A DNA stretch of 64,000 bases from Aulosira sp. ZfuVER01 (GCA_034530615.2 JAVRCV020000004.1:64001-128000); one strand, 5' to 3'; positions 41,876 to 51,956 are shown, counted from the stretch's first letter. The notes: a model not told the origin generated them from the letters alone. A program made the numbers and translations.

Positions 41876-43612
41876 ATGATGTCGAAGGTTGCACCTGCTG
41901 TTGTGGTACTTGGTCAAAATAGTGTGGCTGTAGCGCGCAAAATTATTAGCGTTCTACCAGGGGCGACATTATATGGTTTGGCGGGGCGCACTTCTGACGT
42001 AGATGTCAGCTTTAGTAATTTTGGTGAAACACTGCGGGAATTGTTCGCGGAGGGAAGGCCGCTGATTGGTATTTGTGCGGCAGGTATTTTAATTAGAACT
42101 CTAGCGCCTTTGATTTCGGATAAACGCCAAGAACCGCCAGTACTAGCTGTAGCTGAGGATGGTAGTGCGGTTGTGCCGCTTTTAGGTGGACTGAGTGGGG
42201 TGAATGATTTGGCACGCCGCATTGCTGAGGTATTTGATGTGAAAGCAGCAATTACAACTACTGGCGACATCCGTTTTCGGACTGCGCTGTTGTCTCCTCC
42301 GGCTGGATATCATTTGGCTAACCCAGATGATGCCAAAACATTTATTTCGGATTTGCTAGCTGGGGCGCAGGTGAAGTTGGAGGGAACAGCACCTTGGTTG
42401 AGTAATAGTCAATTGCCGATAGATTCTAATGGAAATTTGACGATTAAAATTAGCGATCGCTTGTCACATTCTACAGCCAATTGTCTTGTCTACCACCCAG
42501 CTACAATTGTGATCGCTATCAGTAACGCTTCTGGAACTAATGATGAAGTAGTAGCTTCAGTGCAGCAACTATTAGCAGCTGCGGAACTTGCGCCTGCATC
42601 GGTAGCAGGAGTATTTGCACCTATAACCATCGCTGCAAATCCGGCAATACACGCGGTTGCTAGCGCTTTAGGAGTGCCTGCACGCTTTTTTACCTCAAAT
42701 CAATTAGAAAATTTGCAATCTCAAGGTTATAGCCCCGCCCAAGCTGTAGCGATTGCGGCTACAGGTACATCTGGAGAGCTAATTTCGACAGCAGCAACAG
42801 AAATTGCGATCGCAATTGCCCCGGAACCCATCGACGCCAGTACCATCGGTCAGCCACGGGGGCGATTAGCAGTAATTGGCACAGGGCCGGGTAGTCGAGA
42901 GTGGATGTCTCCGGAAGTCAAAGAAATTCTCAAGTCGGCTACTGATTTGGTAGGGTATACAACTTACTTAAATTTAGTTGGTTCTTTGGCTGAAGGTAAG
43001 CAACGCCATGATTCCGACAACCGCGAAGAAATAGCACGGGCGGAAATGGCGCTGGATTTGGCAGCCCAAGGGCGATATGTAGCTGTGGTATCCTCTGGCG
43101 ATCCTGGTATTTACGCGATGGCGACAGCAATTTTTGAAGTACTCGATTACCATGCCAAACCAGAATGGGATAGCGTTGAAATTCATGTAGCACCTGGTAT
43201 TTCCGCGATGCAAGCCGCCGCCGCTGCTATTGGCGCACCTTTGGGACATGACTTCTGTGCGATTTCTCTATCGGATATTTTGAAACCTTGGTCAATTATT
43301 GAACAACGAATTGCTGCGGCTGCGGAAGCTGATTTTGCGATCGCTTTCTACAATCCTGTGTCTAAAGAGCGGACTTGGCAACTCACAGAAGCGAGAAATA
43401 TTTTGCTGCGCTATAGAAAACCTGATACTCCAGTAGTCTTAGGACGAAATCTTGGCAGGGCTGGACAGGCTGTTAAAGTAATTACCCTGGAGGAGTTAGC
43501 GCCAGCAGTAGCAGATATGCGAACAATTATTCTGGTTGGTTCCAGCAAGACGCGGACGATTCAGCGCAGTGATGGCAGTATCTCCGTTTACACTCCACGT
43601 CGATACGGTTAA
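41876..43612 (+). CDS. cobJ: CbiG-CobJ/CbiH fusion, precorrin-3B C17-methyltransferase
   Basis: N-terminal CbiG (DKRQEPPVLAV, PLLGG); C-terminal GTGPG, VSSGDPGIY, ISLSD.LKPW, FYNP, YTPRRY. Confidence 0.93.
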   Translation: MMSKVAPAVVVLGQNSVAVARKIISVLPGATLYGLAGRTSDVDVSFSNFGETLRELFAEGRPLIGICAAGILIRTLAPLISDKRQEPPVLAVAEDGSAVVPLLGGLSGVNDLARRIAEVFDVKAAITTTGDIRFRTALLSPPAGYHLANPDDAKTFISDLLAGAQVKLEGTAPWLSNSQLPIDSNGNLTIKISDRLSHSTANCLVYHPATIVIAISNASGTNDEVVASVQQLLAAAELAPASVAGVFAPITIAANPAIHAVASALGVPARFFTSNQLENLQSQGYSPAQAVAIAATGTSGELISTAATEIAIAIAPEPIDASTIGQPRGRLAVIGTGPGSREWMSPEVKEILKSATDLVGYTTYLNLVGSLAEGKQRHDSDNREEIARAEMALDLAAQGRYVAVVSSGDPGIYAMATAIFEVLDYHAKPEWDSVEIHVAPGISAMQAAAAAIGAPLGHDFCAISLSDILKPWSIIEQRIAAAAEADFAIAFYNPVSKERTWQLTEARNILLRYRKPDTPVVLGRNLGRAGQAVKVITLEELAPAVADMRTIILVGSSKTRTIQRSDGSISVYTPRRYG

Positions 43613-43648
43613 AATCGCATTCATCGAAACTTCTTGTTCACCCTCCAT

Positions 43649-43719
43649 AGCAATCCTAAATTATTCGTGAAACAATCTATTGCCTCTAAGCCTAATTTCA
43701 CAACTCAAATCGGATTGCT
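43649..43719. mobile_element. small MITE-like inverted-repeat remnant
   Basis: AGCAATCC....GTGAAA / TTTCAC....GGATTGCT imperfect ends. Confidence 0.45.
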
Positions 43720-43721
43720 CC

Positions 43722-44009
43722 ATGCCTGACGATATTACGATGTGCCCCGGACAAAATTGTCCGATCAAACAAGATTGCTACCGTTTTACCGCTGAAATTT
43801 TAGGGCGTCAGGATTTTTTTGGAACAGATCCCTATAGCTTTACGACTAATTCCTGTGAGTATTTTATTAGTAACCGCCCAGATGAAGATTCAATCCGTTT
43901 GAAAGCTTATGAAATCTGGCAACAAACTGGCTATCTGGATGGTAAGTCTGTAGAACATTGGCTTCAGGCTGAAACAGAGTTGATAGCGTTAAAGAAATTA
44001 CATTCCTGA
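43722..44009 (+). CDS. DUF2934-like protein with Cys-rich N-terminus
   Basis: IRLKAYEIWQQTG..DGKSVEHWLQAE; N-terminal CPGQNCPIKQDCYRF. Confidence 0.7.
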   Translation: MPDDITMCPGQNCPIKQDCYRFTAEILGRQDFFGTDPYSFTTNSCEYFISNRPDEDSIRLKAYEIWQQTGYLDGKSVEHWLQAETELIALKKLHS

Positions 44010-44080
44010 TGGATATTAGTTTGTACTGTAAGATGAAATCGGCTCATTTGAGCAGTAGAAATTCTTCACCTGGAAACCTT

Positions 44081-44431
44081 ATGAACAAATTCATCCTTCA
44101 CTTACTTTCAACTCCTGTAGTTATTAGCTCTATTTTGTCTACAGGAATCGTCATTAATCAAGCCCAAGCTATAGAAGCCCAACCTACAAATACAGATCGT
44201 CTATCCTGTATCCGGAATAAACATAAAGTTGGTTTAGTATGTGCTAGAGCTTCTGTTTTGGCTCAAATTCCTCAATATCAACCAGAAGCTGAACCATCTG
44301 CGGATGGTGTGCCGATGCTAGAGTTTACTGTCGAAGAAAGCGATATGGCAGCCACTTTATTTGGCTGTGATTGTCCTGCTTGCATAAATTCTTTAAGGAA
44401 GATGCAAGGCGCAAAACTATTAGTTTATTAA
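44081..44431 (+). CDS. hypothetical exported protein with C-terminal GCDCPAC motif
   Basis: signal-like N-terminus ending AQA; LEFTVEESDMAATLFGCDCPACINSLR. Confidence 0.7.
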   Translation: MNKFILHLLSTPVVISSILSTGIVINQAQAIEAQPTNTDRLSCIRNKHKVGLVCARASVLAQIPQYQPEAEPSADGVPMLEFTVEESDMAATLFGCDCPACINSLRKMQGAKLLVY

Positions 44432-44463
44432 CAATTTAAAGAGTTTGTTTCTGCTTCGCAATA

Positions 44464-44496
44464 AAAAACTTCCAAGTGTTATTCTTGGAAGTTTTT
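44464..44496. terminator. bidirectional terminator
   Basis: AAAAACTTCCAAG-7nt-CTTGGAAGTTTTT between convergent genes. Confidence 0.7.
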
Positions 44497-44729
44497 CTGC
44501 GATCGGGATAGTTTTATACCAATTTGAAAAAACAATACGAAAGATATGCCCTTGAATTGGTATTACGTAAAATCGTAGCGTTTTAAACAAGCTAAAACTA
44601 TAACAGTTTTGTGCCTCTAGAAATGCTTAGTTTTACGCAATTGAAAACTGTTGTTAAGTTCTGAGGGGTATTTCAGAGCCAGGACTTTAGTCCTAGATTT
44701 TAAGCAATCACGTGCTACCTAGAAAATAG

Positions 44730-45293
44730 TTAATTTTTAATCATTGTGCAACTACTACCCCAAGTCACCCACCTATGGGATATGCCTACATTTACAATGC
44801 TTTCGCCTATCTCTTGTTCAGTGATGCTTGCTCCAGTGAAATCTGCATCACTAATTTCTGCTTCATCAAGATTGCAACTAATTAAATTCGTTTCTCTCAG
44901 ATTAGCACCTCTTAAATCGGCTCCACTCAGTTCTGCCTCACTGAGGTTTGCTGCAAATAGGTTTGCCATTGTTAAATTTGCACCCCGTAAATCAGCGCGG
45001 CTGAGGTTGGTTCTCTCCAAATTAGCTTCGCTCATTTCTGCGCCAATCAAGTTGACCTCACTCAGGTTAGCACTGTTGAGATTAGTAGTAGTTAAATCTG
45101 CATCAGTTAGGTTTGCTCTAGTTAAGTTACATTCACTTAAGTTTGCTCCACTTAAGTCAGCGCCACTCAAGTCAGCATCCGCGAAATTTATCCCATTCAA
45201 ATCAAGATTAGAAAGGTTAGCCTGATGCAGATTGGCTCCATTAAAATTCTTTTCCCCTGCTGCATATCGACTCAGGAGCTTATTCTTGTCCAT
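44730..45293 (-). CDS. pentapeptide repeat protein
   Basis: LLSRYAAGEKNF start followed by A(D/N)LXX repeats. Confidence 0.92.
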   Translation of the reverse strand: MDKNKLLSRYAAGEKNFNGANLHQANLSNLDLNGINFADADLSGADLSGANLSECNLTRANLTDADLTTTNLNSANLSEVNLIGAEMSEANLERTNLSRADLRGANLTMANLFAANLSEAELSGADLRGANLRETNLISCNLDEAEISDADFTGASITEQEIGESIVNVGISHRWVTWGSSCTMIKN

Positions 45294-45728
45294 ATTGTCA
45301 CCTCGCAATGTTTACAGGTAAGTCAAGTCTAGTTATGAGTTAGCCACTACCCCACCACACTAAATTCTATTGGTTGAGTTACCAACAACCAAAATATTAG
45401 TTAGGAAAAACTTGTAGTTTTATTTTGCTATAGTTTATCGAATTCTGATTAGTTACTTAATCTAAATATAAGAATTATGATTAATTCTGGTCAACTTGTT
45501 AGTAACTGACTATCATTTGACTAAGCAATTATCTTTTCTAATATTTTCAAATATCCAAGAATTGAGGCAAATGGGCCAGTATGGGATGGAGTTATTTGAC
45601 TGAAAAACTTCATAACTGGCTTAAAGTAATGTAAAGCATTGTCATTTAATAGTTGATTATTGATAATGCGATCGCACTTGATAACGTAAAACAGAAATAC
45701 AGGTAATGAAAGCTTGGTGAAAAGGTAA

Positions 45729-46688
45729 TTAGGAATTAGGAATTAGGAATTTCTCCCCAAGCGATCGCTCTATAAGTTGGCTGACTAACCGATTACCTTG
45801 TAAGTTAAGGTGAATATGGTCTTGGTACAAGGCTTTAACGTTTGGGGTTGAGTTGAATATTGGCAATACATCTATATAAGTAATCTGCTGTGCTTTCGCA
45901 AAGTCGCTCAAACGTTGACGTGCTTTAATTTCATAATCGCGGGGGCCGGGTTCACCGATTTCTCGCAATAAGGGAGTCATCACTAGCAGAAATTGGCTGT
46001 TGCTTTCACGAGTTAGCGCCTGGATTTTACCAATCGCCTCTAGATTAATCCCAACGCGATCGCCTGGTTCATTGTGTAAGGCTTGAAGTTCGGGAATTGG
46101 CTTTTGCTTAGTCAGATAACGTTGCCAAACTTCTACTAAGGCTAGAGGCGGTTGACGATCTGGATAGTTGCGATCGCGTCCCACTGGTAAGGATGTAGGA
46201 GCCGTAGCAAACAAATCATCAGTATTAATTAGTAACACTACTGTCTGGGCTTGAAAATTCCCAAATCTTTGGAGATAGGCTAATTCATTTCTCGGCCCCC
46301 AAGAGTTGGCTGACGCATTTAATACTTCAAATTCTTGATATTTACCCTTATTACTGGAAGCTAAAGAGTGCATTATCAGGTAGGCAATTGTATTATCCTG
46401 ATCTGTCCACCAGCCACCATTAGCGATCGAGTCTCCCAGAATTAACACCCGCTGTGTGGAAGGTGCAGGTATCTGCTGAATCGGCCTGTTACGCATGGAA
46501 TACTCATTAATCTCAATGCGATTCCCAAAGCGACGGGTGCGTTGGTTAGGCGCTAACAAATAGCCTATTTGCTCATCACCAACGTAAATTAGGGGATTGC
46601 CAAAGCCAAAGAGCGATCGCAGTCCTATCTCAATCGCTACTAATAATCCAATAACTACTGCCACAATTACAATCGCTGTTAATTTCAC
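45729..46688 (-). CDS. SGNH/GDSL hydrolase family protein with N-terminal TM
   Basis: LGDS block I, NASANSWG, DHIH (DxxH); GTG start. Confidence 0.85.
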   Translation of the reverse strand: MKLTAIVIVAVVIGLLVAIEIGLRSLFGFGNPLIYVGDEQIGYLLAPNQRTRRFGNRIEINEYSMRNRPIQQIPAPSTQRVLILGDSIANGGWWTDQDNTIAYLIMHSLASSNKGKYQEFEVLNASANSWGPRNELAYLQRFGNFQAQTVVLLINTDDLFATAPTSLPVGRDRNYPDRQPPLALVEVWQRYLTKQKPIPELQALHNEPGDRVGINLEAIGKIQALTRESNSQFLLVMTPLLREIGEPGPRDYEIKARQRLSDFAKAQQITYIDVLPIFNSTPNVKALYQDHIHLNLQGNRLVSQLIERSLGEKFLIPNS

Positions 46689-47102
46689 CTGCAACTACTC
46701 TCCAATTAATTTAAGAAAATTAATCTCTAAAAGATAAAGTATTAAATTATACAATATTATTTTCAGCCCTGAGACAGATTTCTCATAATCTGCCGTCTGT
46801 ATCGTTGAAATACATTTATGTAATAAAAATCAGAATTTAGTATTTTAAATCACTTTTATTAGCAAAAAATTTAGAGATACTTATGCCCAACATCTCACTA
46901 TGCAACTTTGATGAGCAAATTAATTCTATTTTTTTAGGTATAAACTACTACGGTTAACCGAAAAAAATGTAGATAGATTTGTTGCGCTCATTGTTGCAAA
47001 GCTTAAACAAAATAATAATGACGATTTAATACGATCTTTAATCAGAAGGACTACAATCAAAACGGACAAATTAGCACTGTAACAAAGGAGGTTTACAAAG
47101 CT

Positions 47103-47243
47103 ATGTCCGATTTAAATCGCGGAATCATGAAATTCGAGGGAGCAGATTCTCCAAAAGTGGTCACTATCTCTACCGTGCTGCTGTTGGGGTCTATTGCTGG
47201 ACTAATTATTTGGGCACTACAAGCTGCCTATGCGCTAAACTAA
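47103..47243 (+). CDS. 46-aa single-TM small protein (not in the ORF track)
   Basis: AAGGAGG at 47085-47091; MSDLNRGIMKFEGADSPKVVTISTVLLLGSIAGLIIWALQAAYALN. Confidence 0.7.
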   Translation: MSDLNRGIMKFEGADSPKVVTISTVLLLGSIAGLIIWALQAAYALN

Positions 47244-47434
47244 CAATTAGCTGCTTAGTATTTGGTAGGTTGGCAGGACACTTGCTCAAAGGGCTTCTGC
47301 CTTAGCTAAGTGTCTTTTGCCCAACTCTTAAAAGCGCCCTTGAAAGCATCAATAGAATTTCCGAAAGATTTTAGATTTGAGATTTGAGATGCAAGATGCA
47401 AAGTGCAAGATAAATCTAAAATCCAGAATCCAAG

Positions 47435-50329
47435 ATGTTTGAACTTTGGGGTGCCTTAACTATTTTAATTGTCTGCCCCCTACTGGGTGCGTTACCGCTG
47501 ATTGCCTGGATTACCTACGCCCTGACAGGGAGGCAATTGGCGAAACTTGGTACGGGAAATATCAGTGTGTCAGCCGCTTTTTACCACGGTGGCAAACTGG
47601 TAGGTATTCTCGCGGTATTATCAGAAGCTTTTAAAGGCATTACAGCAGTTTTCATTGCCCGTGCTTTCTTTAGGGAAGGGTCAACTTGGGAACTGATTGC
47701 CCTAATTGCCTTGGTAGTAGGTAGATACTCAATTGGCAGGGGAGCGGGTACAACAAACGTCGTCTGGGGATTTCTGGTACACGATCCACTTGTTGCAGGT
47801 TTTACAACTTTTTTAGCAGCCATCAGCTTTACAGTTCTGCAATCTAAAAAGTTAGTAAAGTTTGGCGTTTTGCTGTTATTTCCTCTGTTTGTAGCAGTGT
47901 TACACGTGGACGATTTCCCGAGAATTCTGGCGGCGGTTAGTCTGGCGGGCTTATTAGGTTGGATTTATACAAAAATCCCCGATGACCTTAACCTCCCAGC
48001 CGAAGGAGCAAAAGGGGAATCGAAAGCCATGCTGGAATTTTTGGGTGGCGAAGCAAACCCTGTCCCTTTGGGTGGAGACTTAGATGAGGCGAAAGTCGGG
48101 CACAAAGCGTCTGCACTATCTCAACTCAAGCGATGGGGATACCCAGTGCCTAAAGGTTGGGTACTTAGCCCAAATGACGAGCCGGATGCAGTCATCGACT
48201 TTTTTCAGCCTTCAGAATTATCACCTTTAGTGGTGCGTTCTTCGGCAATTGGCGAAGACTCAGAACAAGCTTCTGCTGCTGGACAGTACGAAACGGTGTT
48301 GAACGTTACCAGCGAACAGAAGCTAAAAGAAGCGATCGCTCAAGTTAGAGCTTCTTACGATCGAGAAGCGGCGGTACAATATCGACGCGATCGCGGTTTA
48401 CCAGACCAATCAATGGCAGTGCTGATTCAACAGCAAGTTCAGAGTGTATATTCGGGCGTGGCTTTCAGTCGCGATCCGATTACTCAGCAAGGCGATGCCA
48501 TTGTAATTGAAGCTTTACCAGGCAGCGCCAGTCAAGTTGTTTCTGGCAGAGTTACCCCAGAACAATATCGGGCTTTTGTTGTTGAGACAGAAAATTTCTC
48601 ATCTGTGCAATTAGAAGGTACGGGAAGAGTACCTCAAGCATTAATCAAACAGGTAGCATTATTAACCCGCCGTCTCGAAAAACGTTACCACGGCATTCCC
48701 CAAGATATCGAGTGGAGTTACGACGGTCAAACGCTTTGGGTATTACAAGCCAGACCCATCACTACTTTATTACCTATATGGACACGTAAAATCGCCGCCG
48801 AAGTCATCCCGGGAGTCATTCACCCCTTAACTTGGTCGGTGAATCGTCCGTTAACTTGTGGCGTTTGGGGAGAAATTTTTACTATCGGTTTAGGCGATCG
48901 CGTTTTGGGGTTAGATTTTGCCGAAACTGCCACATTGCATTATTCAAGGGCATATTTCAACGCCTCCCTCCTCGGACAGATTTTCCTGAGGATGGGTTTA
49001 CCGCCAGAAAGCCTAGAGTTTTTAACTAGAGGCGACAGCTTAACTAAGCCACCCTTACTTTCCACCTTGCGGAGTGTACCCGGATTGCTGCGGTTGGTGC
49101 GCCGGGAAATGGATTTAGAAGCAGACTTTAAGCGAGATTACCGCGAGAAGTTTATTCCCGTATTGTCGCAATTGGCTCACGAATCGATCGATAATTTAGA
49201 ACCGTCTCAGTTATTAGCGAGAATTGACCTAATTTTAGATGTATTGCGCCTGGGGACTTACTACAGTATTTTCGCTCCCCTGAGTGCTGCCATCAGACAG
49301 GGAATTTTTCGGGTGAAGGATGGGCAAATTGATAACAGCGTTGCACCAGAGGTAGCAGTGTTGCGATCGCTAAGTGCTTTAGCGCAAAATGCCAAGCAGG
49401 TATTACCCGAATTTGAGCCAGAGAAAGTGTTTGAGCAGTTGGAGGAAACTCCCGAAGGGCAAAATATTATATATGATTTTAACGAACTGCTTCAGGATTA
49501 CGGCTATTTAAGTGAAGTGGGGACTGATATCGCCGTTCCCACTTGGAAGGAAGACCCTGAGTATGTCAAACAGTTATTTGTACAGTTAATGCAGGGAAAT
49601 GAACCGCCAAAAGGTGGTGTAGACCCGATAAATGAGGTTTTTTCTGGGAAACGAAAACGCGGTAATGTCCAACGACGTGTAGATCTCAAAGGTCGAGTTA
49701 CCGAGGTTTACTCTCGACTGCTAGCTGAATTACGTTGGAGTTTTGTCGCTTTAGAAAAGATTTGGTTAAAGTCCGGCTTGTTGAAAGAAGCAGGGGATAT
49801 CTTTTTTCTAGAGTTGGATGAAATTGGCAGCTTAGTAGCGGCGGATGATGCCGAATTTAGCAGTCAGGTACAGAAATTGGTGGAAAATAGGCGATCGCAA
49901 TTTGCCCAAGATAGTGAAATCAATCAAGTTCCCCTTCTAGTTTACGGTCATACACCACCTCATCCCCTCGCCCCCTCTTCCCTCTACTCCGACCAATTTT
50001 TACAAGGTATTGCCGCTAGTCATGGACAGGCTGAAGGACGAGTAAAGGTGTTGCGAAATTTACAAAATATACCAGAGATTGATAAAGAGACAATTCTGGT
50101 AGTACCTTACACAGATTCCGCCTGGGCACCATTATTAGTAAGAGCTGGCGGATTAATTGCCGAGGCAGGAGGCAGACTTTCGCACGGTGCGATCGTCGCT
50201 CGTGAATACGGTATTCCCGCAGTCATGGATGTGCATGGTGCTACCTGGCTAATGCAAGATGGGCAGCGAGTACGGATAGATGGCTCTAGGGGTATTGTGG
50301 AATTATCCAATGATTTAAGACCAGATTGA
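47435..50329 (+). CDS. PlsY-like membrane domain fused to a PEP-synthase/RPH-type ATP-grasp domain and phospho-His swivel domain
   Basis: GTGNISVS and GRGAGTTN in the TM region; VRSSA.GED..SAAGQY, DIEW, LQARPIT; GGRLSHGAIVAREYGIPAV. Confidence 0.85.
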   Translation: MFELWGALTILIVCPLLGALPLIAWITYALTGRQLAKLGTGNISVSAAFYHGGKLVGILAVLSEAFKGITAVFIARAFFREGSTWELIALIALVVGRYSIGRGAGTTNVVWGFLVHDPLVAGFTTFLAAISFTVLQSKKLVKFGVLLLFPLFVAVLHVDDFPRILAAVSLAGLLGWIYTKIPDDLNLPAEGAKGESKAMLEFLGGEANPVPLGGDLDEAKVGHKASALSQLKRWGYPVPKGWVLSPNDEPDAVIDFFQPSELSPLVVRSSAIGEDSEQASAAGQYETVLNVTSEQKLKEAIAQVRASYDREAAVQYRRDRGLPDQSMAVLIQQQVQSVYSGVAFSRDPITQQGDAIVIEALPGSASQVVSGRVTPEQYRAFVVETENFSSVQLEGTGRVPQALIKQVALLTRRLEKRYHGIPQDIEWSYDGQTLWVLQARPITTLLPIWTRKIAAEVIPGVIHPLTWSVNRPLTCGVWGEIFTIGLGDRVLGLDFAETATLHYSRAYFNASLLGQIFLRMGLPPESLEFLTRGDSLTKPPLLSTLRSVPGLLRLVRREMDLEADFKRDYREKFIPVLSQLAHESIDNLEPSQLLARIDLILDVLRLGTYYSIFAPLSAAIRQGIFRVKDGQIDNSVAPEVAVLRSLSALAQNAKQVLPEFEPEKVFEQLEETPEGQNIIYDFNELLQDYGYLSEVGTDIAVPTWKEDPEYVKQLFVQLMQGNEPPKGGVDPINEVFSGKRKRGNVQRRVDLKGRVTEVYSRLLAELRWSFVALEKIWLKSGLLKEAGDIFFLELDEIGSLVAADDAEFSSQVQKLVENRRSQFAQDSEINQVPLLVYGHTPPHPLAPSSLYSDQFLQGIAASHGQAEGRVKVLRNLQNIPEIDKETILVVPYTDSAWAPLLVRAGGLIAEAGGRLSHGAIVAREYGIPAVMDVHGATWLMQDGQRVRIDGSRGIVELSNDLRPD

Positions 50330-50481
50330 CACTCCCCTGCTTGAAGGCGAGGAGATTCTTAAGAACCTCCATCCTAATGGATCGGTAAAATCCTGTTGCT
50401 TACTTTTTCGAGCAATATTCACAACCCCATTGCCATCAGCGTTAATTTAGTTGTCTTTCTCTACTTCGGTACAAACCACGC

Positions 50482-50829
50482 ATGATTACCACCTCTCTAA
50501 ATGACTTGCCAGAAGAATCTGTTTCTCACAACCCCGAAATCAAGAAAAAAGTCATGCTGCGATTTGGGGATTTACCCCACCTGACAAACTTTTCGCAAGC
50601 ACGTTTTGCTCCCGGACAAAGTGCCCCAGCACACGCCCACCAGGATATGTCAGAAGTGTTTTTTGTAGAAGCAGGTTCGGGGGTAATTCATATTGATGGT
50701 ACAGAATACGCTCTACTTCCAGGTAACTGCGTTGCAGTAGAACCAGGGGAAGTCCACGAAGTTGTGAATAGTGGTACAACTGAGCTTGTGCTGACCTACT
50801 TTGGTTTGCGAGTCGCAAAACAAGCCTGA
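50482..50829 (+). CDS. cupin domain protein
   Basis: HAH...EVF...G.G and PGEVHEV.N cupin motifs. Confidence 0.88.
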   Translation: MITTSLNDLPEESVSHNPEIKKKVMLRFGDLPHLTNFSQARFAPGQSAPAHAHQDMSEVFFVEAGSGVIHIDGTEYALLPGNCVAVEPGEVHEVVNSGTTELVLTYFGLRVAKQA

Positions 50830-50841
50830 TGTGGGGTTCTG

Positions 50842-51062
50842 ATATCATATCCGCCAAATTACTTACGATATGTCATTGCGTTGGCGGAACGCCTTCCCGC
50901 AGGGTACGCAACGAAGAGGAGCATTCGCCGAAGGCGTTCTCGTTCGACGAAGTCGTTCCCCAAGGGTAGAGTAGCAATCACGAGGACTCTGCAATTGCTT
51001 ACTTCGTAGCCTTTGGAAAGGCTTCGCTTACGCAATGACAAGTGTTTAACCGGACATGATAT
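50842..51062. mobile_element. MITE-like element enclosing a palindromic repeat with further inserts
   Basis: ends ATATCATATCCG / CGGACATGATAT (11 of 12 complementary); inner arms TGTCATTGCG (50871) / CGCAATGACA (51031). Confidence 0.6.
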
Positions 51063-51218
51063 GAAGTAGCGTTTGAGGTACGAAACTCAAAACCTCAAAA
51101 TCTTAATATATGTTGGGTTTCGCTCCGTTCAAACGCCACTTTGCTCAAGTCGAGCCAGCCGCTTGCGGGGGTTCCCCCCGTTGTGCGGACTGGCGTGGGA
51201 AACCCGCCCATGCAAGTG

Positions 51219-51413
51219 CAGTGGTGTCAACTTAACGTGAAACCCGCTCTTGTGCAAGGTTTCGCCCTCTCCCCCAGCCCCTCTCCCACAGGGAGAAGGG
51301 AGCAAGAGATTTAGTTCTCCTTCTCCAGGGGGAGAAGGGGTTAGGGGATGAGGGCGCGAGGTATTTGTACAACGCCCGCTCTATATCGCTTTTAGCTTAA
51401 GTTGACACCACTG
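51219..51413. mobile_element. 195-bp MITE with perfect 17-bp TIRs and 9-bp target-site duplication
   Basis: CAGTGGTGTCAACTTAA (51219-51235) / TTAAGTTGACACCACTG (51397-51413); ATGCAAGTG on both flanks. Confidence 0.9.
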
Positions 51414-51956
51414 ATGCAAGTGGCTCCCCAACCTACGCATCTCCGCATCTGTCACATTCTTGTTTCAAACTGGGATTAATTATAGATTTAAAGAATGATG
51501 ACTATAAATAATTAGCGAAAGTTAGTTATTTAAATTAAATGCAATCAGCCTAAAAATATGCATTTATAGTATTCATCTAATACAACGCATAAATTTAAAT
51601 TTATATATTAGAAATATTTAGCAGACTTAGTTCCCATCGATAAAATTTTACTTATATAACCAATCTAATATTTATTTAATATTTAGTTTCTCGAGTTAAC
51701 TATTTTCACCTTAAAGCCTGTAAACTAATTTCAACAAGTTAAGTGATGCTTCCCCAGTTGCCCAGATTCTAATCTATCAATTCCCCAAGTTTTTCTTATA
51801 AACCCAGCAATCGCTTCGCCATTTCTTTTAGAAATGACGAAAATCCGTATACCTAAAATAGGTGATTTAGAAGAAATCGTGCAAGGAATATATGCTTTCT
51901 CTTGCTTGAATTTGCTGTAGATATAAAACCTGATTTTTTCATTTTAAGGAGACATA

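Noticed and set aside
44746..45225. 159-aa plus-strand ORF
   Set aside because: Antisense shadow of the pentapeptide repeat gene; the same applies to most short ORFs nested opposite long genes
51711..51723. CmpR-type TTA-N7-TAA site upstream of cmpA
   Set aside because: Motif is present but expected by chance in such AT-rich DNA; no TSS to anchor it
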